A DNA stretch of 64,000 nucleotides, from the NCBI GenBank assembly GCA_043811535.1, contig JBDRNC010000020.1:8483-72482 (forward strand). Direction: 5' to 3'. The notes beneath the pieces are model-generated. The model saw nothing but the letters and a program-made list of their open reading frames with translations. It searched no databases and had not been told where the DNA came from. The position numbers and the translations under genes were made by a program. Below, piece by piece: positions 9,377-19,117 of this stretch (positions are counted from its first letter, which is position 1; every line of letters begins with the position of its first letter). The DNA is from Elusimicrobiota bacterium. GTDB taxonomy: Bacteria; Elusimicrobiota; Endomicrobiia; Endomicrobiales; JBDRNC01.

Positions 9377-10537
9377 ATGAGTTTCTTTATCGGTCGTGAC
9401 AGGGAGGCCCGCAGGGCATACGGATTTGACGAGGTCGCAATTGTCCCGGGTGGTATGACGATAAATCCGGACGAAGTGGATATAAAAACGCATATCGGCC
9501 CTATAATGCTTGACATACCTTTCCTCGCGAGCGCGATGGACGGTGTAGTTGACGTAAAGTTCGCTGTGGCGATGGGGAAACTGGGCGGAATGGCGGTCCT
9601 TAACCTTGACGGCGTGCAGACCAGATACGAACATCCGGAAGAAATTCTTAAGAAAATCGCCGAAGCCTCGCCCGAACAGGCGACGGCGCTTGTTCAGGAC
9701 GTGTATAAGGAACCTATCAAGGAAAAGCTTGTCGGGCAGAGGGTAAAAGAGATAAAGAAGGGAGGAGTGCTTGCTGCGGTATCCTGCATTCCGTCGAACG
9801 CTCCGAAATTCGGTAAGCTGGCGGAAGAGGCCGGAGCCGACGTTTTCACGGTGCAGTCAACGGTTTCCACCGTGAGGCACATCTCCACGGCGTATGAAGC
9901 GATAAATTTCAAGAAATTCTGCAGCGATATGAAAATACCCATCATCATAGGCAACGTTGTCACGTACAACGCCGCTGTTGAGCTGATGGAAACAGGATGT
10001 TCGGCTCTGCTTGTCGGCGTCGGGCCCGGGGCGGCCTGCACGTCGCGCGGCGTGCTCGGAATAGGCGTCCCGCAGGTCACGGCGACCATAGACTGCTCGG
10101 CGGCGAGGGACTTTTTCTATAAAAAGACTGGAAAATACGTATCGATAATAACTGACGGAGGGATGAATTCGGGCGGAGACATCTGCAAGGCCTTCGCATG
10201 CGGAGCTGACGCGGTCATGGTAGGCTCGGCATTCGCAAGGACAAACGAAGCGCCCGGCCGCGGTTTCCACTGGGGCATGGCCACTCCGCATCACAACCTG
10301 CCACGCGGTACCAGGATAAAAGTAGGTGTAACAGGCTCGCTAGAAGATATCCTTATGGGGCCGGCACGCCTTGATGACGGAACTCAGAACCTCGTCGGCG
10401 CTGTGCGCACATGCATGGGGACGATCGGCGCGAAGAATATAAAAGAGTTCCAGCTGGCCGAGCTGATAATCGCCCCGGATATAAAATCTGAAGGCAAATT
10501 GTTCCAGAGGGCGCAAAAGATTGGCATGTGTAAGTAA
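9377..10537 (+). CDS. IMP dehydrogenase-related protein, GuaB3-like (no CBS pair)
   Basis: 386 aa IMPDH/GMPR TIM barrel with VGVGPGAACTSR and a short N-terminal region lacking the CBS insertion. It resembles mycobacterial GuaB3. Confidence 0.7.
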   Translation: MSFFIGRDREARRAYGFDEVAIVPGGMTINPDEVDIKTHIGPIMLDIPFLASAMDGVVDVKFAVAMGKLGGMAVLNLDGVQTRYEHPEEILKKIAEASPEQATALVQDVYKEPIKEKLVGQRVKEIKKGGVLAAVSCIPSNAPKFGKLAEEAGADVFTVQSTVSTVRHISTAYEAINFKKFCSDMKIPIIIGNVVTYNAAVELMETGCSALLVGVGPGAACTSRGVLGIGVPQVTATIDCSAARDFFYKKTGKYVSIITDGGMNSGGDICKAFACGADAVMVGSAFARTNEAPGRGFHWGMATPHHNLPRGTRIKVGVTGSLEDILMGPARLDDGTQNLVGAVRTCMGTIGAKNIKEFQLAELIIAPDIKSEGKLFQRAQKIGMCK

Positions 10538-10552
10538 TTCAAGCGAAGCTTG

Positions 10553-10590
10553 AATTACGATTACAAATTACAAATTTCAGATTACAAATT
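10553..10590. repeat. heptad array AATTACG/ATTACAA
   Basis: AATTACG ATTACAA ATTACAA ATTTCAG ATTACAA ATT. Confidence 0.8.
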
Positions 10591-10696
10591 CTTTCGCACG
10601 CGATGACGGGCAAAAGGTAGGCGGCACCTTCGGCGCCGCGATTGAGATACGAAAACGGGCTCCCTTGCCAAACTCGTATCAGAATTGAAAAGACGT

Positions 10697-10729
10697 CATT
10701 GCGAGTCCGCCGCGGCGGACGAAGCAATC
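10697..10729 (+). other. GC-rich hairpin in the guaA leader
   Basis: CATTGCGA-GTCCGCCGCGGCGGAC-GAAGCAATC. The inner part is the perfect 14-bp palindrome TCCGCCGCGGCGGA, and the outer ATTGC/GCAAT segments can pair. Confidence 0.6.
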
Positions 10730-10768
10730 TCAGGTATCGCTCAGTGAAGATGTATTGTCTTGGCTGTA

Positions 10769-10800
10769 ACGAAATACGAACTACGAAATACGGAATACGG
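10769..10800. repeat. heptad array AAATACG
   Basis: ACG AAATACG AACTACG AAATACG GAATACG G, just upstream of the guaA start. Confidence 0.8.
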
Positions 10801-10807
10801 TATTTAA

Positions 10808-12337
10808 ATGATTTTAATTTTAGATTTTGGGTCGCAGGTTACTCAGCTTATCGCCAGAAGGATAAGAGAAGCCAAGGTTTACTGCGAGATATATCCGGGA
10901 AATAAGCCGATAAGTTCTTTTGGGTCAATGGCTAATGTGACCGGGATAATCCTTTCGGGCGGGCCCTGCAGCGTTTATGAGAAAGGCGCGCCGTGGCCTG
11001 ATGAAAAGATATGGGACCTCGGTCTGCCGATCCTTGGCATCTGCTACGGCATGCAGCTTATAGCGGAAAAACTCGGCGGGAAGGTGAAGAAATCAAACCG
11101 CAGGGAGTTCGGCGTAGCGGAACTGTTCATTGACGATAACGATAAATTGTTTGCCGGTCTCGGTAAAAGAACAACTGTCTGGATGAGCCACGGCGATTCG
11201 CTCTCAAGACTGCCGAAGGGCTTCAAAAAGATTGCCCACACCAGCAACTCGCCGTACGCGGCGATAGCCGACCTTAAAAGGAATATATACGGCGTCCAGT
11301 TCCATCCGGAAGTGAAGCACACGCCGCAAGGCTATAAGATGCTTCGCGATTTTGTCTTCAATATCTGCAATGATAAGCCGGATTGGACGATGCACTCGTT
11401 CATCAGGGAAGAGATCAAGAAGATAAAACAGCAGGTTGGCGGCGGCAAGGTTTTGTGCGCTCTTTCGGGCGGCGTTGATTCGTCCGTTGCGGCCGTATTG
11501 ATGCACAAAGCGGTCGGGAAACAGCTTACCTGCGTGTTCGTCGATAACGGTGTTCTGCGCAGCGGCGAATGGGAAAGAGTTGAAAAAGTATTCAAAAAGA
11601 AATTCGGCAAGCGCATGATAATGGTTGACGCGGGCAAAAGGTTCCTTGACAGGCTCGCGGGTGTAGCTGATCCCGAGAGAAAGAGAAAGATAATAGGCCA
11701 CGAGTTCATAGCGGTTTTTGAAAAAGAGGCGCGCAGGCTTAAACACGTAGATTTCCTTGTGCAGGGGACGCTTTACCCGGATGTGATAGAAAGCGTGTCG
11801 GTAAAAGGGCCGTCAGCAGTCATCAAGTCCCATCATAATGTCGGCGGCCTGCCCGAAAAGATGAGGATGAAGCTGGTAGAGCCGTTGAAATTCCTTTTCA
11901 AAGACGAAGTGCGGGTGCTCGGTAAAGAATTAAAGATTCCTTCGGAGATTCTGTCGCGGCACCCCTTTCCGGGGCCCGGGCTTGCGATACGCGTGCTGGG
12001 CGATGTCACGAAAGAACGGCTTGACATCCTGCGCAAGGCCGACTTGATAGTGGAAAACGAGATAAGAGCCGCGGGATTGTACGAGAAACTATGGCAGGCA
12101 TTCGCGGTCATTCTGCCGGTTAAGACCGTTGGTGTCATGGGCGATTCGCGCACATATGAGAACGTTGTGGCATTGCGCATAGTGGAATCGGCCGACGCGA
12201 TGACGGCGGATTGGGCCAAGATTCCGTACGAACTGCTTGGAAAGATATCAAACCGGATAATAAACGAGGTGCGCGGCGTCAACCGCGTCGTTTACGATAT
12301 ATCGCAGAAACCTCCCGCCACGATAGAATGGGAGTAA
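10808..12337 (+). CDS. guaA: GMP synthase (glutamine-hydrolysing)
   Basis: 509 aa with an N-terminal GATase (GICYGMQ), the ATP-PPase SGGVDSS motif and a conserved C-terminal dimerisation domain ending TIEWE. Confidence 0.95.
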   Translation: MILILDFGSQVTQLIARRIREAKVYCEIYPGNKPISSFGSMANVTGIILSGGPCSVYEKGAPWPDEKIWDLGLPILGICYGMQLIAEKLGGKVKKSNRREFGVAELFIDDNDKLFAGLGKRTTVWMSHGDSLSRLPKGFKKIAHTSNSPYAAIADLKRNIYGVQFHPEVKHTPQGYKMLRDFVFNICNDKPDWTMHSFIREEIKKIKQQVGGGKVLCALSGGVDSSVAAVLMHKAVGKQLTCVFVDNGVLRSGEWERVEKVFKKKFGKRMIMVDAGKRFLDRLAGVADPERKRKIIGHEFIAVFEKEARRLKHVDFLVQGTLYPDVIESVSVKGPSAVIKSHHNVGGLPEKMRMKLVEPLKFLFKDEVRVLGKELKIPSEILSRHPFPGPGLAIRVLGDVTKERLDILRKADLIVENEIRAAGLYEKLWQAFAVILPVKTVGVMGDSRTYENVVALRIVESADAMTADWAKIPYELLGKISNRIINEVRGVNRVVYDISQKPPATIEWE

Positions 12338-12359
12338 ATGTAAGGCGAGCTGTAAATGA

Positions 12360-12428
12360 GGGGACTTAAGTCCCCGAATGGCGAGACGAACAACCAAATT
12401 GTAGCCGGCACTTAAGTGCCGGGCTACC
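12360..12428. repeat. two CTTAAG-centred palindromic hairpins (copy 2 of the 6066 element plus a variant)
   Basis: GGGGACTTAAGTCCCC (12360-12375) and GTAGCCGGCACTTAAGTGCCGGGCTACC (12401-12428). Confidence 0.85.
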
Positions 12429-12440
12429 TGGGAGATTTAA

Positions 12441-13073
12441 ATGTTTAAGAAATTCTTTTGCAGGGAAACTGAGTTTGAAAAGTACATGTACGCCTACGCG
12501 GACAATATCGAAAAAGCGGGATGCACTTTCGCGGATTTCCTAAATGATTTTGACCCGGCAAAGATTAACCAGTGGGTTGAAAAAATGAATCAAATAGAAC
12601 ACGACCTTGACGATATCACGCACCAGACGATGAACTGGCTTGAAAGCACGTTCATCGTCAATTATGACCGTGAAGACATACACCGGCTCGCGTCAGACCT
12701 TGACGATATCGTTGACAACATGGACGGCGCGGCGGTTAGGATATCTCTTTACAACGTAAATAAACTCATACCTGAAGTTGTCAAGCTGGCGAATGAACTT
12801 AAATGCGCCTCGGCTGAGGTCGCAAAGGCAGTGCGGTCGATTACAAAGGATAAGCTTGACCGCAAAGTGCTGGACATATGCAAGGAAATCAAGAGCCACG
12901 AAGAAAAAGGCGATAAGATCTATCACAATGTCCTCGCCTCGTTGTTTAAAGACGGCAATGACCCCCTGCATGTGATAAAATTCAAGGAAATTGTTGAAGC
13001 CATCGAGCGCTCGCTTGACAAGTGCAACCAGTCAGCGATGAATGTAGAGTCGATAATATTCAAGTACAGTTAA
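12441..13073 (+). CDS. DUF47/PhoU-like putative phosphate-transport regulator
   Basis: 210-aa helical protein directly upstream of a PiT transporter, which is the typical DUF47-PiT pairing. Confidence 0.7.
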   Translation: MFKKFFCRETEFEKYMYAYADNIEKAGCTFADFLNDFDPAKINQWVEKMNQIEHDLDDITHQTMNWLESTFIVNYDREDIHRLASDLDDIVDNMDGAAVRISLYNVNKLIPEVVKLANELKCASAEVAKAVRSITKDKLDRKVLDICKEIKSHEEKGDKIYHNVLASLFKDGNDPLHVIKFKEIVEAIERSLDKCNQSAMNVESIIFKYS

Positions 13074-13110
13074 TGAATAAATTGCTAATTGATAATTGTT
13101 AATTGAAATA

Positions 13111-14145
13111 ATGGATATATTAATCTTAGGCATTCCGTTGCTGTTCTGGATAGTGATAATCACCGCGCTTGCGTTTGATTTCGCAAACGGCTGGCATGAT
13201 ACGGCAAACGCCGTTGCTACCGCGATTTCTACCAGAGTATTGAGGCCGTCTACGGCGATAATGATGTCGGCTGTGCTTAATTTCATAGGCGCGCTTCTAA
13301 GCACGAAGGTCGCGAAAACCGTGGGCGGCGGCATAGTAAATCCGGCCGTGATGCAGAATATCTCCGGGGAATATATTATTCTTGCGGCTCTTCTCGGCGC
13401 GATCATCTGGGAAATATATACCGTTTTGAAAGGGCTTCCTGTTTCGGGCTCGCACGCGCTGATTGGAGGTTTGATAGGAGCGGCGGTGGCCGTGCACGGG
13501 GTAAGCGTGGTTGTCGCGTCCGGAGTGATGAAAGTCTTGCTTGCTATGCTTATATCCCCGGTATTAGGTCTGATATTGGGGTATGTGGTTCTAAAAATAA
13601 GTTATTTCTTCGCTTCTAAAATCAAGCCCAGCAGGGTCCAAAAGATATTCGCAACATTGCAGATAGGCACATCGGGCCTCATGTCGCTTATGCACGGCCA
13701 GAACGACGCGCAGAAAGTAATGGGTGTAATAACACTGCTCCTTTTTGTGGGCGGCTATTTCGGCGCGGTTAGTTTCAGCACAGTGCACGTTCCAGTGTGG
13801 GTTATGCTCATGTGCGCCACGGCGATGGCTTTCGGCACGGCGGCGGGCGGGCGGGCGGTTATTAAGACCCTCGGGAAGAAGCTGTCCCATCTGCGGCCGA
13901 TAGAAGGCGCTTCGGCCGAAGGCTCGGCTTCAATCGTTTTAGAAGTTGCCGCTGCGATGGGCGTGCCGGTCAGCACGACGCACACAATTACGGGCTGTAT
14001 CGTAGGGGTAGGCACGGCCAAGAGAATGAAAGCCGTTAAATGGGCCACGGGACTGAAGATTATCTACGCGTGGATATTCACTTTGCCGATAACGGCGCTT
14101 ATAAGCGGGATTCTTTCGAAGTTATTTTTATTAATGACAAAATGA
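13111..14145 (+). CDS. inorganic phosphate transporter, PiT family
   Basis: Polytopic membrane protein with GWHDTANAVATAISTR and GVPVSTTH motifs. Start is ATG 13111 or the upstream TTG 13096. Confidence 0.85.
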   Translation: MDILILGIPLLFWIVIITALAFDFANGWHDTANAVATAISTRVLRPSTAIMMSAVLNFIGALLSTKVAKTVGGGIVNPAVMQNISGEYIILAALLGAIIWEIYTVLKGLPVSGSHALIGGLIGAAVAVHGVSVVVASGVMKVLLAMLISPVLGLILGYVVLKISYFFASKIKPSRVQKIFATLQIGTSGLMSLMHGQNDAQKVMGVITLLLFVGGYFGAVSFSTVHVPVWVMLMCATAMAFGTAAGGRAVIKTLGKKLSHLRPIEGASAEGSASIVLEVAAAMGVPVSTTHTITGCIVGVGTAKRMKAVKWATGLKIIYAWIFTLPITALISGILSKLFLLMTK

Positions 14146-14160
14146 GGATGGGGATTTTCA

Positions 14161-15051
14161 ATGAATGGCGCCCTGCAAAATGAAAAAATAGACCTGCCTT
14201 TGCTTCACCGCGGGAAGGTACGCGACGTTTACGGCATGGGACAGCAGCTGCTCATCGTTGCGAGCGACCGCATATCCGCCTTTGATTTCGTGCTTCCTAC
14301 GATGATACCGGACAAGGGAAAGGTTCTTCACCAGCTTTCCATGTTCTGGTTTGACCTCATCCAGAGCATAGTTCCCAATCATCTGATAACGGGTGATTTT
14401 GAACAGTTCCCGACAAAATTAAAGCAGTACCCGTACCTTAAACAGCGGACAATGCTTGTTAAAAAAACCAAAAGAGTGGATGTTGAGTGCATAGTCCGCG
14501 GGTACCTGTCGGGTTCGGGCTGGAAAGAGTATAATAAATCAGGGGCCATTTGCGGCATCAAACTGCCGAACGGAATGAGGGAATCATCTAAGTTCTCCGA
14601 GCCGATATTCACCCCGACAAGCAAAGAAGAGGGCGGAAAGCACGACGAGAACATTACTTTCGAAGAGATGTCGGACAGGATAGGAAAGGACATCGCCGCG
14701 AAAATAAGGGACGCGTCGGTCGCGGTATATAAGAAAGCGTCGGGATACGCGGAAACAAGGGGAATAATTATTGCAGATACCAAGTTCGAGTTCGGGATGC
14801 TTGATGACAAACTTATACTCATAGACGAGATCCTGACGCCGGATTCATCGCGGTTCTGGGAAAAGAGCAAGTACGAAGAAGGCCGGCCCCAGGATAGTTT
14901 AGACAAGCAGTATGTCAGGGACTTTCTTGAATCGATCAAATGGGATAAGCAGCCCCCGGTCCCGGGCCTTCCGGAAGATGTCGTTGCCAAAACGCGCGAG
15001 AAATATGTCGACGCGCATAAGAAGATAACGGGGAAAGATTTACTGATATAA
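14161..15051 (+). CDS. purC: SAICAR synthase
   Basis: 296 aa with GKVRDVY, ASDRISAFD and IIADTKFEFG. Confidence 0.95.
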   Translation: MNGALQNEKIDLPLLHRGKVRDVYGMGQQLLIVASDRISAFDFVLPTMIPDKGKVLHQLSMFWFDLIQSIVPNHLITGDFEQFPTKLKQYPYLKQRTMLVKKTKRVDVECIVRGYLSGSGWKEYNKSGAICGIKLPNGMRESSKFSEPIFTPTSKEEGGKHDENITFEEMSDRIGKDIAAKIRDASVAVYKKASGYAETRGIIIADTKFEFGMLDDKLILIDEILTPDSSRFWEKSKYEEGRPQDSLDKQYVRDFLESIKWDKQPPVPGLPEDVVAKTREKYVDAHKKITGKDLLI

Positions 15052-15124
15052 TTACAAATTACAGATTACACATTGAAAGACTCAAGGGCAGTTAATTTGT
15101 AATTTGGAATTTGTAATCTGTAAT
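15051..15124 (+). mobile_element. ~75-nt MITE-like element, family A copy 1 (ATTACAN heptad arms + conserved core)
   Basis: ATTACAAATTACAGATTACAC-ATTGAAAGACTCAAGGGCAGTTAAT-TTGTAATTTGGAATTTGTAATCTGTAAT. The core recurs at 18204, 26099 (reverse) and 51145. Confidence 0.7.
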
Positions 15125-15136
15125 AAGGTTAAATAT

Positions 15137-15607
15137 ATGATCTATCAAATCGAAGCCGTAAACAAGAAGGGGCATCCCGACCAGCACGGAAAGCATATCC
15201 TGCAGGATATCAGGGAGTCCGGGATAAAAGGCGTCAATAAAGTCGCCTATTCGCAGGTCTATCAGATAGAGGGACACTTGAATCTGAGAGAAGTGGATTT
15301 GATTGCCCGCGAACTGCTCATAGACTCGGTTACGCAGACCTATTCGCTGTGCAATCCGATGAACCCCAGGCACAGCGGCGTTACCGGCGGGCACGAGATA
15401 GAGATTTGGTACAGGCACGGCGTGACCGATACCGTCGCCGAAAGCGTGATAAAAGCGGTTCAGGACCTTGGAATGAGCAGGCACATAAAGGTAAGGACCG
15501 GGCAGAAATATCTTTTTGAGACCTCGCTGTCAAAGGGCGCGATTGAGCAGGTAGTCAAGAGATTGATAGTCAACACGCTCATACAGGAATATAAGAAAAT
15601 AAAGTAA
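15137..15607 (+). CDS. purS: FGAM synthase PurS subunit, tandem (double-length) form
   Basis: 156 aa made of two PurS-like halves (canonical PurS is about 80 aa). Position is between purC and purL. I moved the start to ATG 15137. Confidence 0.65.
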   Translation: MIYQIEAVNKKGHPDQHGKHILQDIRESGIKGVNKVAYSQVYQIEGHLNLREVDLIARELLIDSVTQTYSLCNPMNPRHSGVTGGHEIEIWYRHGVTDTVAESVIKAVQDLGMSRHIKVRTGQKYLFETSLSKGAIEQVVKRLIVNTLIQEYKKIK

Positions 15608-15721
15608 ACGCAGATTAGCGCAGATATATTCACGGATTATCGCAGAAACAGAGACGCAAATTATCGCAGACAAAGGCGTATCTGCGGAAATCAGCGGTTA
15701 AAAAATCAGTTTAATCTGCGC
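15608..15721. repeat. word-repeat spacer with inverted ends (CGCAGAT/ATCGCAGA words)
   Basis: ACGCAGATTAGCGCAGAT...ATTATCGCAGAAAC...ATTATCGCAGAC...ATCTGCGG...TAATCTGCGC. The termini ACGCAGATTA / TAATCTGCGC are complementary. Confidence 0.7.
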
Positions 15722-15731
15722 TTAAAAGAAT

Positions 15732-18170
15732 ATGAGACCTGTAAACATAAAAAACGTTGAGATTATCGGGTTGCCGGATGAAAAACTCATTGCTTTGAGT
15801 AAGGATAACGTGCTGTCCCTGTCCCTGCTTGAGATGAAAATCATTCAGAAATATTTCAAGGGACAGGGCCGCAACCCCACGGACGCCGAGCTTGAGACGA
15901 TAGCCCAGACGTGGAGCGAACACTGCAAGCATAAAACACTGACAGGTGTCATAAAATATACAGAGACTGAAGACGGAAGACTGAAGACGGAAGAATACCA
16001 AAACCTTCTCAAAGAGACGATATTCAAGGCGACGAAGGAACTTAAGAAAAAATGGTGCATATCGGTTTTTGAAGACAATGCAGGCGTCATTGAATTCAAT
16101 AAGGATTACGGGATAGCATTCAAGGTAGAAACTCATAACCATCCCTCCGCGCTGGAGCCGTACGGAGGGGCCGCTACCGGCATAGGCGGCGTAATAAGGG
16201 ATATTCTAGGAGTCGGGCTCGGTGCCAAACCCGTTGCCAACACGGATGTTTTCTGTTTCGGGCCGCCGGAACTTGAGTGGGATGACCTGCCTGACGGGAT
16301 GCTGCATCCGAAACGCATCGCGAAGGGCGTGGTATCCGGAGTGCGCGATTACGGCAACAGGATGGGCATACCCACAGTAAACGGCGCCGTGTATTTTGAC
16401 GAAGGATATATTTCAAATCCCCTTGTGTATTGCGGCACGCTCGGGATGATACCGACGGGCATGGCGTTTAAAAAAGTTAAACCCGGCGACCTTGTGCTTG
16501 TCGCAGGCGGACGGACCGGCAGGGATGGAATTCACGGCGCGACATTTTCGTCCACAAAACTTCACAAACATACAGATGCAACCGCGGTGCAGATAGGCAA
16601 CCCGATAGTTGAAAAGAAAGTGCTGGACACGCTGCTTAAGGCGCGCGATATGGGACTTTATCGCGCGGTTACCGATTGCGGCGCAGGAGGTCTTTCAAGC
16701 GCTGTCGGCGAACTTGGGGCTAAGTGCGGCGTGACGGTAAATCTTGAAAAAGTGCCGCTGAAGTACGCGGGACTCGCGCCTTGGGAGATATGGCTCTCGG
16801 AAGCGCAGGAGCGGATGGTTTTCGCGGTTCCAAAGGAACACCGGGACGCCATTATGCAGGTTTTTGAATCAGAAGGAGTGGAAGCGACTTTTATCGGCGA
16901 GTTCACAAAAGACAAGAAATTGATTGTTCTGTATAAGGAAGACCTTGTGGTCGTGCTGGATATGCAATTCCTGCATGATGGCGTGCCCAGGCCCACGCAT
17001 GCGGCTTCATGGGAAGTGAAGAGCCGGACGGCGGCTAAGTTGCCGAAGTCAAAGGATCTCGGTGTTGATCTCAAGCACTTGCTTTCAAGTCTTAATATTT
17101 GCTCGCGCGAATGGATAATAAGGCAGTATGACCATGAAGTCCAGGGGCAGACGGTAATAAAACCGCTTCAGGGCAGGCAGTCGGGACCCGGCGACGCGGC
17201 AGTGATATGGCCGTATACATTCACAAAAGACGGAAGTAGGAAGAAGGAAGCGGGAAGAAAAGGCAACGACAAAGAAACATATAAAGGCATTGTGCTTTCA
17301 AACGGGTTGAATCCGGAGTACGGCAAAATAGACCCTTACTGGATGGCGGCGTCGGCTATCGATGAAGCCCTGCGCAACGCGGTCGCCGTAGGCGCGGATA
17401 TAGAAAGAACAGCGCTTCTGGATAATTTCTGCTGGGGAAGCCCGGATAAACCGGAAGTTTTAGGCGGGCTTGTGCGCGCTTCAACTGCATGCTATGAGTT
17501 CTCAAAAGCGTTTGAGACTCCGTTTATATCGGGCAAGGACAGCCTGCATAACGAGTACATAGTTGACGATAAGGCGTATTCCATTCCTCCGGCCCTGCTT
17601 ATTTCCGCCGTGGGTATCATAACGGATATAAGAAAAGCCGTCAGGATGGATTTTAAGCACGACGGCAGCCTGATCTACGTCATCGGCGCCACGAAGAATG
17701 AACTCGGCGGGTCGCAGTACCTGAAATTGAAAAAAACCGATGGAGGAGAACTGCCTAAAGTCGACGCGAAAATATCAAGAAAGGCCATGATATCGCTCGG
17801 GAAAGCCATGCAAAAAGGGCTCGTTGCGGCATGCCATGATTGTTCCGAAGGCGGGCTGGGCGTGGCGATAGCAGAGATGTGTTTTGCCGGCGGCAAAGGC
17901 GCGACGGTAGAGCTCTCCGCGGTCACGGCGGATACCGCGATGAGCGACGCGGAAATTCTTTTCTCGGAATCTAACAGCAGGTTTATAGTTGAGGTTGGAG
18001 CCAGAAACAGGAGCGAATTTGAAAAACTAATGAAAGGCGTCGCTTTTGCAAAGATCGGGGTGGTTGAAGAGAAACCGGCGCTGATAATTAACGGGCAAGA
18101 AGGGAAAACAATAATTTCGGAAAAGACGGATGATTTGCAGGAAGCGTGGAGAAAGACTTTAAATTGGTAA
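15732..18170 (+). CDS. purL: FGAM synthase II (small-type PurL)
   Basis: 812 aa with WSEHCKHK, ETHNHPSA and DCGAGGL motifs. Confidence 0.95.
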   Translation: MRPVNIKNVEIIGLPDEKLIALSKDNVLSLSLLEMKIIQKYFKGQGRNPTDAELETIAQTWSEHCKHKTLTGVIKYTETEDGRLKTEEYQNLLKETIFKATKELKKKWCISVFEDNAGVIEFNKDYGIAFKVETHNHPSALEPYGGAATGIGGVIRDILGVGLGAKPVANTDVFCFGPPELEWDDLPDGMLHPKRIAKGVVSGVRDYGNRMGIPTVNGAVYFDEGYISNPLVYCGTLGMIPTGMAFKKVKPGDLVLVAGGRTGRDGIHGATFSSTKLHKHTDATAVQIGNPIVEKKVLDTLLKARDMGLYRAVTDCGAGGLSSAVGELGAKCGVTVNLEKVPLKYAGLAPWEIWLSEAQERMVFAVPKEHRDAIMQVFESEGVEATFIGEFTKDKKLIVLYKEDLVVVLDMQFLHDGVPRPTHAASWEVKSRTAAKLPKSKDLGVDLKHLLSSLNICSREWIIRQYDHEVQGQTVIKPLQGRQSGPGDAAVIWPYTFTKDGSRKKEAGRKGNDKETYKGIVLSNGLNPEYGKIDPYWMAASAIDEALRNAVAVGADIERTALLDNFCWGSPDKPEVLGGLVRASTACYEFSKAFETPFISGKDSLHNEYIVDDKAYSIPPALLISAVGIITDIRKAVRMDFKHDGSLIYVIGATKNELGGSQYLKLKKTDGGELPKVDAKISRKAMISLGKAMQKGLVAACHDCSEGGLGVAIAEMCFAGGKGATVELSAVTADTAMSDAEILFSESNSRFIVEVGARNRSEFEKLMKGVAFAKIGVVEEKPALIINGQEGKTIISEKTDDLQEAWRKTLNW

Positions 18171-18174
18171 AGGA

Positions 18175-18247
18175 AATTACAAATTACAGATTACATATTA
18201 CAGATTGAAAACTTTTAAGCAGTTAATTTGGAATTTGTAACCTATAA
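18175..18247 (+). mobile_element. MITE-like element, family A copy 2
   Basis: AAATTACAAATTACAGATTACATATTACAG-ATTGAAAACTTTTAAGCAGTTAAT-TTGGAATTTGTAACCTATAAT. Confidence 0.7.
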
Positions 18248-18255
18248 TCAAATAT

Positions 18256-19077
18256 ATGAACAATAAACCTAAAGCGATCATCCTGAGAACAGCAGGGACG
18301 AACTGTGATATAGAAACACAGGCGGCTTTTGAGCTTGCCGGCGCACACGCTGAAAGGATTCACATTAACAGGCTTATAAAGAAGGAAGTGAAACTTTCCG
18401 ATTACCAGATACTTGCGATACCTGGCGGGTTTTCTTACGGAGATGACATTGCGTCCGGGAAAATACTGGCAAACGAGATAAGGAACAAGCTGGGAGCCGA
18501 CCTGAAAGAGTTCGCCGATAACGGGAAGCCAGTGATTGGCATATGCAACGGGTTTCAGGTCCTTGTGAAAATAGGCCTGCTCCCGGATGAGAAGGAATTT
18601 AAGCAGAAAACAACATTGAGTCATAACAATTCGGACAAATTTGAATGCAGGTGGGTGTATTTAAAGCAGGGTCAAGGTGCAAGGGTCAAGGAAGCGGGAA
18701 AGAATAACTGCATATGGACAAAACAGCTTCCGGATATCATTGAAATGCCGGTGGCTCACGGGGAAGGCAAGTTCACGGCAATAGACGAAAAAACCCTTCG
18801 CCTTATTGAAAAGAATTGCCAGGTTGTTTTCAGATATTGCGACGATAAAGGGAAGTCCGCGAATTATCCCTGCAATCCGAACGGTTCCGTAAACGATATC
18901 GCGGGAATATGCAATCCAAAAGGCAATATACTCGGGATGATGCCTCATCCGGAACGGTTCATCTACAAATGGCAGCATCCCGGACGTTCCAGCCAGGAAA
19001 AGAACAGCGAATATGGATGGGGCTTGAAACTCTTCCAGAACGCCGTCAAATACATTACGGAAAATCTCTACGTTTGA
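18256..19077 (+). CDS. purQ: FGAM synthase I (glutaminase subunit)
   Basis: 273 aa class-I GATase with GICNGFQ and MPHPER. Confidence 0.9.
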   Translation: MNNKPKAIILRTAGTNCDIETQAAFELAGAHAERIHINRLIKKEVKLSDYQILAIPGGFSYGDDIASGKILANEIRNKLGADLKEFADNGKPVIGICNGFQVLVKIGLLPDEKEFKQKTTLSHNNSDKFECRWVYLKQGQGARVKEAGKNNCIWTKQLPDIIEMPVAHGEGKFTAIDEKTLRLIEKNCQVVFRYCDDKGKSANYPCNPNGSVNDIAGICNPKGNILGMMPHPERFIYKWQHPGRSSQEKNSEYGWGLKLFQNAVKYITENLYV

Positions 19078-19117
19078 TGCCCTGTAATTCAACAGACGCC
19101 CGGATAGAAGGATAATT

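Noticed and set aside
10642-10905. Track ORFs 10642-10905 (87 aa), 51235-51453 (72 aa) and the minus-strand ORFs at 54316-54761.
   Set aside because: They overlap the structured guaA leader, tRNA-Asp, and the tRNA-Thr/direct-repeat region respectively. They have no RBS and have biased composition, so they are most likely spurious.
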